Below are positions 6,903 through 12,682 of a DNA stretch of 12,682 nt, one piece after another (position 1 is the first letter of the stretch; each line of letters starts with the position of its first letter). The notes under the pieces are model-generated. The model saw nothing but the letters and a program-made list of their open reading frames with translations. It had not been told where the DNA came from and did no database searches. The position numbers and the translations under genes were made by a program. The stretch is taken from positions 1 to 12,682 of the forward strand of contig JAYWEM010000042.1 in NCBI GenBank assembly GCA_043779265.1. The letters run 5' to 3'. Source of the stretch: a bacterium (GTDB lineage Bacteria; Eisenbacteria; RBG-16-71-46).

Positions 6903-6903
6903 C

Positions 6904-7710
6904 TCAGTGGCCCTGCAGCTTCCCGGCGATGACCTTCCACACCGTGCCGAACAGGATCGCGACGTCCATGCGCAGGCATCGCTCGCGCACGTAGCGCAGA
7001 TCGAGGTCGAGGGTCTGCTGGAACGTGAGGTCGTCGCGCCCCACCCACTTGGCCAGCGACGTGATGCCGGGTTTCACCCCGAGCACGGTCTTCGCGTGGC
7101 CCTCGTAGTACGGGATCATCTCGGGGATCTCGGGGCGCGGGCCCACGAGGCTCATCTCGCCGAGCACCACGTTCACGAGGTTGGGGAGTTCGTCGAGGCT
7201 GGTGCGCCGGATGAACGCGCCGACGCGAGTCACCCGCGGGTCGGGCCCGTCATGGAACCGCAGGCCCTGCACTTGTTCGCTGCTGTAGCGATACTCGTAG
7301 AGATGCGGGAATCGCTCGCGCGCATCGGTGACCATGCCGCGGAACTTGTAGAACGTGAACGCCCGGCCGCCGCGCCCGATACGCGTCTGCCGGAAGAACG
7401 CGGGTCCCGGTGAGTCGAGCCGAACGGCGATCGCGATGGCGGCGAGAATGGGCGACACGGCGATCAGCCCGACCACCGCGAGCGTGCGATCGAGCGCTCC
7501 CTTGAACCACTCGCTCGTGTGTCCATAGCAACCCACGGGGCGCCACTCGGGTTCCGTGGCGTCGGGTGCGCCGGCCCCGGCCGTCCCGTCGTGCGCCTCT
7601 TCAGCTGCAAGCTGCTGCAGCGCACGCGTGAGGTGGTCCATCGAGATCTCGTCTCCCGCATCGCGTCGCAATGCATCGACGGGGGTTTCAAGGAGTCCGC
7701 GGCTGCTCAT
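6904..7710 (-). CDS. sugar transferase (small polyprenol-phosphate phosphoglycosyltransferase, Bac_transf family), 268 aa
   Basis: K..LD plus one hydrophobic segment, then [60 protein letters not shown] and LDLRYV. ATGA overlap with the upstream stop at 7707-7710. Confidence 0.94.
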   Translation of the reverse strand: MSSRGLLETPVDALRRDAGDEISMDHLTRALQQLAAEEAHDGTAGAGAPDATEPEWRPVGCYGHTSEWFKGALDRTLAVVGLIAVSPILAAIAIAVRLDSPGPAFFRQTRIGRGGRAFTFYKFRGMVTDARERFPHLYEYRYSSEQVQGLRFHDGPDPRVTRVGAFIRRTSLDELPNLVNVVLGEMSLVGPRPEIPEMIPYYEGHAKTVLGVKPGITSLAKWVGRDDLTFQQTLDLDLRYVRERCLRMDVAILFGTVWKVIAGKLQGH

Positions 7711-8960
7711 GCGGCTTCCCTCAGGTCATCCTCACCGTCGAATCCCGGCGCGAACACGGGGACGGTGCGGCGTGCCTCGACGATCTTGCGGACCGCGGCG
7801 ATCGTGTCCTCGGCGTCCGCCATGGTCATCGCGGGCGACATCGGCAGCGACACCGTTGTGTCCCCGATCGCCTCGGCGATGGGGAAGTCGCCGCGGTTGT
7901 ACCCGAAGTGCTCGCGATACCAGCGATGGAGATGCACCGGCACGAAGTGGACGCCGCTGCCGATGTTCTCCGAGGCCAGCTCCGAGACGAACCGGTTGCG
8001 CTCGCAGCCCATCCGTTCGGGCACGAGGCGCAGCGTGTAGAGATGCCTTGCGTGTCGCGTGTGCGCCGTGTCCTTCATCTGCGGCGTGATCACTTCCTCG
8101 AGATCGGCGAACGCGTCGTCGTAGGCGGTCCAGATGCGCTTGCGGATCTCGAGGTTCTCCTCGAGCCGTGCCAGCTGGTGGATGCCGAGCGAGGCCTGCA
8201 GGTCCGTCATGTTGTACTTGAACCCCGGCTCCAGCACCTCGTAGGGCATGTACGCGCCGGGGGAGTATCGCTTCCACGCGTCCTTGTCGAGGCCATGCAG
8301 GCGCAGCGCGCGCAGGCGATCCCAGGCCTGCTCGTCGTTGATCGCCAGCGCGCCGCCCTCACCCGTCGTCATGTTCTTGGTGGCGTAGAAGCTGAACGCC
8401 GTGAAGCGGCTGATCGAACCCACCTTGCGAGCGCGGTACCAGGTCTCGGTCGCGTGCGCCGCGTCCTCGATGACCGGGATGTGGTGGCGCTCGGCGATCT
8501 CGGTGATGGCGTCCATGTCGCAGGGCCAACCGGTCATGTGCACGACCATGATGGCCTTGGTGCGCGGCGTGATGGCGCGCGCCAGACGCTCGGGATCGAT
8601 GTTCTGCGTCGCCTCGTCGACCTCGACGAACACGGGTTTGGCACCAACGTGGGCGATGACATTGGCGGTGGCGCAGAACGTGAGCGGCGTGGTCGCGACC
8701 TCATCGCCCTCGCCGACGCCAGCGGCGATCAGCGCGAGGTGGAGCGCCGCGGTCGCGCTGTTCACACTCAGGACGTGCTCGGCGCGAACGTAGCTCGCGA
8801 ACTCGTCCTCGAACCGCAGGCTCTTGGGGCCGAACCCGATCCACCCGGAACGCAGGGTGTCGACCACTTCGCGGATCTCGTCCTCGCCGATCTGAGGCTT
8901 CCCGAAGACCAGGAAGTCCTTGCGGACCGGTCGCCCCCCCTCGCTGGCGAGTCTGGACAT
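7707..8960 (-). CDS. DegT/DnrJ/EryC1/StrS family PLP-dependent nucleotide-sugar aminotransferase (417 aa)
   Basis: VNSATAALHLAL, GVGEGDEV, TFCATAN, ITPRTKAIMVVH, IEDAAHA, FSFYATKNMTTGEGG (PLP lysine), GFKYNMTDLQA and SLPMSP. The start is chosen at ATG 8960; an in-frame GTG at 8996 is an alternative. Confidence 0.95.
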   Translation of the reverse strand: MSRLASEGGRPVRKDFLVFGKPQIGEDEIREVVDTLRSGWIGFGPKSLRFEDEFASYVRAEHVLSVNSATAALHLALIAAGVGEGDEVATTPLTFCATANVIAHVGAKPVFVEVDEATQNIDPERLARAITPRTKAIMVVHMTGWPCDMDAITEIAERHHIPVIEDAAHATETWYRARKVGSISRFTAFSFYATKNMTTGEGGALAINDEQAWDRLRALRLHGLDKDAWKRYSPGAYMPYEVLEPGFKYNMTDLQASLGIHQLARLEENLEIRKRIWTAYDDAFADLEEVITPQMKDTAHTRHARHLYTLRLVPERMGCERNRFVSELASENIGSGVHFVPVHLHRWYREHFGYNRGDFPIAEAIGDTTVSLPMSPAMTMADAEDTIAAVRKIVEARRTVPVFAPGFDGEDDLREAA

Positions 8961-8992
8961 GCTGTGACGCCCCCCCCCGACCGCGGCTCCAT

Positions 8993-9210
8993 TCACGGAG
9001 CATTCAGCGCTGAGCGCTGGTGCGGCGGCGTTGCGATGCTGGGTTCTCGGTCTCGACGCCGGGTGGAGGCGAGCCGGAGGGCAGTCGTGTGCAGAACCCG
9101 AGGGGTGGGTCTTGCGTCATCACGGCCGCCAGCCGGTTCCGAGGGGGCGCAGAAGGAACTCTGCCCGGGGCCGCATGAATGAGGTGTTCGAGGCTACTGA
9201 TGCTCCGTGA
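8993..9210. repeat. 11-bp perfect inverted repeat bounding most of the wzy-degT intergenic region
   Basis: TCACGGAGCAT (8993-9003) and ATGCTCCGTGA (9200-9210), extendable to ~15 bp with two single-base bulges. Confidence 0.55.
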
Positions 9211-9297
9211 TGCGCGAATCCTTTCGCCCAATCGCCGCTGTCGCAGCAAGGTCGTCGCCGTCAGGCGGGGGCACTGACGAATGAGGCTCGTAGTGGC

Positions 9298-10758
9298 TCA
9301 TCGGCGTTCCCTGACCGGCACTTGAGGCGTTTGCGAACCGCTTCTCGCGAGGATTGCGGTGGCCAGCATCAACGGCACCAATTGCGTGGCGAGGCTGGTG
9401 AACTTGGAGGCGATCGAGCCCTCGACCAAGTGCACGACCGTGAGGAACCAGAACCCGTGAAGGATCAGCAGCGAAGGGCCGCCGCGGTGCACGGCCTCCC
9501 ACGAGGCTCGGAGCGCGATGCCGAGCGCGAATCCGCCGGCGAGCACGCCCGGCCAGGCGAAGTTGGCCCACAGCTCACCGGGAAGCGAGGGCGACATGTA
9601 GGTCATCACCTCGAAATGGAAATCCGGCATGTAGTTCTGGGCGAACGTGAGCCCGAAGCTCATCGGCTTCGCCTCCCACAGTGCGCGCGGGATCCAGAAA
9701 TAGAGCACGTCGAGCATCGTTCCGCCCCATTCGAGCGGCACCTCGCGGCCGGCGCGGTGGAGCACGAGCATGAAGCTGTCGGCGTCGTAGGCGCGATGGA
9801 AGATCTTGAGCAGCGGCGCGTCCGTGGTCTCGAGGTACGTGCGGATCGCATCGAGTCCCACGAGTCCCACCGCGCGATAGGCGTAGAACAACGGGAACAG
9901 GAGCCCGAACACGGCGAACACGGCCATGAGCGTGCGGGCGGCCAGAGGCTTGGCGAGGAAGTGTCGCCAGATCAGCGTCAGGAACACGATCCGGATGATG
10001 ACGTACTTGGACGACGTCACGATGAACAGAGGCGCCGCGAAGCACAGCGAGGCCAACAGCACGGTGCGCGTGGCCGAGGCTCCCTCGCGCACGAATCGTC
10101 CAACGGCCCAGATGTGGAAGCCGACCACCGCGAACTCGGTCAGCGCGAGCATCCACCATCGTCCGAGTGCCTGATCGGTGCCGCTGCCGACCAGATCCCC
10201 GGTCACCGCCGTGAAGCCGCCCATCGTCTTGAGCCGGAGCAGGGCTCCGAGCAGCCCAAGGCCGAGCAACACGCCCATCGCGAGGCGCATGCGCTCCGGG
10301 CGCCACGGCGAGGCGAAACCCGGGAAGCGCGCGAGTGCCGCAGTCGCGAGTCGCGATCCAGCGCGAGCATGCCACCCCGCGTAGAGGCAGACGAGCAGCG
10401 CGGAGCTCCAGAAGAAGACATCGCCGAGGAGCCGCCGGAAGTACGGACTGTCGGGGCCACCCAGTTCGCTCAGGTACGGACTGTCGACGAACGTCAGGAG
10501 CCCCAAGCCTCGCAGCAGCATCGCGAACGCGTAGTACGCGAGGAAGAAGACCAGCGGATTGCCAGTGCCGAGCGGGATCCGACGCGAGACGAACGGCCAG
10601 GCGAGCACGCTCGTGAAGAGCAGCGTCGTGGTCGTGAGCCAGAGTTCGACCGAGACCTGGGAGGCGATGAGGCATGCGGCACCGGCGCAGGCGAGCGCGG
10701 GCCATGCGAGCGGCAAGGCGCTGCGCGCCTCGGTCCGGTGAGCCGCGTGAATGTTCAC
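9298..10758 (-). CDS. O-antigen / oligosaccharide repeat-unit polymerase (Wzy-like) integral membrane protein, 486 aa
   Basis: About 10 or more hydrophobic segments. A late large loop carries WIPRALWEAKP followed by SPSLPGELWANFAWPGV, the pattern of Wzy polymerases. Sits among glycosyltransferases, with a GTGA overlap on the upstream stop at 10755-10758. Confidence 0.82.
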   Translation of the reverse strand: MNIHAAHRTEARSALPLAWPALACAGAACLIASQVSVELWLTTTTLLFTSVLAWPFVSRRIPLGTGNPLVFFLAYYAFAMLLRGLGLLTFVDSPYLSELGGPDSPYFRRLLGDVFFWSSALLVCLYAGWHARAGSRLATAALARFPGFASPWRPERMRLAMGVLLGLGLLGALLRLKTMGGFTAVTGDLVGSGTDQALGRWWMLALTEFAVVGFHIWAVGRFVREGASATRTVLLASLCFAAPLFIVTSSKYVIIRIVFLTLIWRHFLAKPLAARTLMAVFAVFGLLFPLFYAYRAVGLVGLDAIRTYLETTDAPLLKIFHRAYDADSFMLVLHRAGREVPLEWGGTMLDVLYFWIPRALWEAKPMSFGLTFAQNYMPDFHFEVMTYMSPSLPGELWANFAWPGVLAGGFALGIALRASWEAVHRGGPSLLILHGFWFLTVVHLVEGSIASKFTSLATQLVPLMLATAILARSGSQTPQVPVRERR

Positions 10759-11822
10759 GCCGCGCGCGCTTGCGAGGCCGGAGTGTCGTTCGTCGCTGGG
10801 TCGGCTCCTGGAACCGGGGCCGAGGTGCCGGGCGAGGCGGTCGAGAGCGCGAGCTCGACCAGCTCATGCAGTGCGGCGGCGCGGCGGTCCTCGGTGAAGC
10901 ACTCGAGCACGCGAGTCCGCGCGAGCTGTCCTGCCGATGCCCCCAACGCCCTCGCCGTGCGAATGCCGGCGGCCAGCGGGGAAGGGGCCTGTCGTTCGAT
11001 GATCACGCCGGTCCCGCCCGCGACCCACGGCAGTGCGCCGGCGCGCGTGACGACCGGAGTCGCGCCGCACAGCATGCCCTCGGCGAGCGAGAGGCCGAAG
11101 GCCTCGTGCTGCGAAGCCTGAACGACTACTTCGGCCCGCGACAGCCACGCCACCTTGTCCTCGTGCGTGATTCGTCCGGTGAAGTGCACATTCGGGGTCG
11201 CCACCGCCCGCAACAGCTCGATGGCATCGTCCATCCAGGCGCCGATCACGACGAATCGGCATTCGGGTGCATGCGCCGCCGCGCGCACGAACGCCTCGAG
11301 CCCCTTGCGCTTGAGGTTGTTGTGGTTCACGCCGCCGGTCGTCACGACGAGCCCGGCTTCACGCGTCTCGCTAGAGGCGTAGCGTCCGGGTGCGAGTCCG
11401 AGCGGGATCTGAGTGATGCTCGAGAGCCTGGGATAGGCCTCGGCCACTTCCCTCGTCGTCGCCTCCGAGATCGAGACGATACGCGTGGCGAGCCGCATCA
11501 CGAGCCGGGCGATCCATCGCCGCACGCCGCCTCGCTGGTGGCCGTAGCCGATGTCCGGCAGGCACGCGGTATCATAGCCGCCGACCGTGACGATGAACGG
11601 CTTGCGCTGGAGTTTCGCGCACACTGCCGGTGCCAGCGAGTGCCAACTGGCGAACCAGCTCATCACCACATCGACGCTGGAGACCTCACGCCACGTGGCC
11701 AGCGGCCGCGGCCAGCGAGAGGGTGTGCCCACCACCGAGACGACATGGCGCTCAGCGAGGCGTCGCAGGTCGATCTCGATGTACTCCGACATCTCGCGAT
11801 AGAAGTAGGCGATGCGGGCCAT
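10755..11822 (-). CDS. glycosyltransferase family 4 (GT-B) protein, 355 aa
   Basis: KPFIVTVGGYD, IVSISEAT, RKG, NVHFTGRI and the EX7E motif in SQHEAFGLSLAEGMLCGATPV. ATG 11822 has RBS GAGGGG, which is preferred over TTG 11840. Confidence 0.93.
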   Translation of the reverse strand: MARIAYFYREMSEYIEIDLRRLAERHVVSVVGTPSRWPRPLATWREVSSVDVVMSWFASWHSLAPAVCAKLQRKPFIVTVGGYDTACLPDIGYGHQRGGVRRWIARLVMRLATRIVSISEATTREVAEAYPRLSSITQIPLGLAPGRYASSETREAGLVVTTGGVNHNNLKRKGLEAFVRAAAHAPECRFVVIGAWMDDAIELLRAVATPNVHFTGRITHEDKVAWLSRAEVVVQASQHEAFGLSLAEGMLCGATPVVTRAGALPWVAGGTGVIIERQAPSPLAAGIRTARALGASAGQLARTRVLECFTEDRRAAALHELVELALSTASPGTSAPVPGADPATNDTPASQARAA

Positions 11823-11829
11823 GGTCCCC

Positions 11830-12681
11830 TCAGGCCGCAATGGCGCGTGCGCGCCGGCTGCGGCAGTACTCCAGGATGGTGGTCAGACGGGCAGCGTTGC
11901 TGTACCCGTCGCGATGACATCGGGCGAGCGCGGCCGCCGCCATGCGTCGGCGCTCTTCCGGGTGCGCGAGATGGAGCTTCACCTTGGCGAGCATCTCCTC
12001 GTCGCTGCCGAAGTAGTCCGCCTCGATGCCCTCGGCGAACAGCGCCTCGTGTTCCTCGGTGCGCTCCCCGAGCATGAATCCGCCACAGGCCGGGATCTCG
12101 ACCGAGCGCGTCGTGTGCCGGTCGCGGTTCACCTTGCGCAGGAAGCACAGGTTGATATCGAAGGCCGCGATGGCCCTCGCGTAGTCGTCGGACCACAGCG
12201 GCTCGCCCTCGACGCGCAGATTCAGCGCCGACTTCCACTTGGGCCACGGACCCCAGACCCGGACGTCGATGCCATGCCGAGCGAGGTGGCGCATGGACCG
12301 CTCGCGCTCGCGCTCGGGCCAACCGATGAAGCCGACCGTGCCTCCGAAGCGGATGCGATCGGCGTCGCTCACCGGCAGCGGCCGGTGCACCTCGGGGCTG
12401 AATCCCTTGCCCGTGAACACCACATCGCGCGCGCCGGCCGCGAGCAGCTCCTGCACATTGAAGCTCTTGGTGGTGACGTGCAGGTCGTGCAGCGGCAGAC
12501 ACCCCCGCCATTGCGGCGACTGATTGCGGGGATTGAACATGTCGTCCCCCGCGTAGGAGAGCGTGAGCATCTCGGGCCACCGCGCGCGCAGCGCGAGCAG
12601 CGTCTCGGGGCGGATGGTGAGCCCCTTGTCGATCCAGAGGATGTCGGGAGAGAGGGCGCCGGGGAGACGCAGCATGCGCTC
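11830..12681 (-). CDS. CgeB-family glycosyltransferase (Glyco_trans_1_2-like), 5'-truncated by window edge
   Basis: DILWIDKG, VGFIG...ER, VRVWGPW, DDYARAIAAFDINLCF, TTRSVEIPACGGFMLGERTEEH..LF.EG.E..YF. The frame stays open upstream of ATG 12675 to the window end. Confidence 0.88.
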   Translation of the reverse strand, partial: ERMLRLPGALSPDILWIDKGLTIRPETLLALRARWPEMLTLSYAGDDMFNPRNQSPQWRGCLPLHDLHVTTKSFNVQELLAAGARDVVFTGKGFSPEVHRPLPVSDADRIRFGGTVGFIGWPERERERSMRHLARHGIDVRVWGPWPKWKSALNLRVEGEPLWSDDYARAIAAFDINLCFLRKVNRDRHTTRSVEIPACGGFMLGERTEEHEALFAEGIEADYFGSDEEMLAKVKLHLAHPEERRRMAAAALARCHRDGYSNAARLTTILEYCRSRRARAIAA

Positions 12682-12682
12682 G

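Noticed and set aside
9100..9135. c-di-GMP-I riboswitch (GACGCAAG on minus strand)
   Set aside because: The upstream GGCAAACC/GNRA P2 elements are missing, and the match is only a short fragment.
7671..12077. Long + strand ORFs (503, 599 and 467 aa) opposite the glycan operon
   Set aside because: Antisense shadows of well-supported minus-strand genes, with no recognisable domains.
1..12682. CRISPR array, tRNA/rRNA, transposase or integrase
   Set aside because: No regularly spaced repeats, RNA-gene signatures or recombinase motifs were seen, and nearly all the sequence is explained by protein-coding genes.

Overview
GC-rich bacterial window with three parts. (1) Bases 1-2053, + strand: the 3' end of an SGNH/GDSL hydrolase, a YdcH/DUF465 small protein and dihydrolipoyl dehydrogenase (lpdA). 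(2) Bases 2124-6870: a divergent pair, namely a ~1005-codon secreted multidomain gene on the - strand (GSDH/PQQ-sugar-dehydrogenase-like beta-propeller, Ig-like domains, an unrecognised ~240-aa domain and a T9SS/FlgD-Ig-type C-terminal domain) interrupted by one in-frame TGA, and a Wzi-like outer-membrane protein on the + strand. (3) Bases 6904-12682, - strand: the 3' part of a Wzy-type polysaccharide operon (CgeB-like GT, GT4, Wzy, DegT aminotransferase, phosphoglycosyltransferase). The main oddities are the in-frame TGA at 4182-4184, an apparent lineage/composition switch inside the 5' end of lpdA (possible chimeric assembly or recombination), the unrecognised domain, and a structured 337-bp gap in the operon bounded by an inverted repeat with a G9 tract beside it. 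All family calls come from motif recognition by eye; no searches were run.
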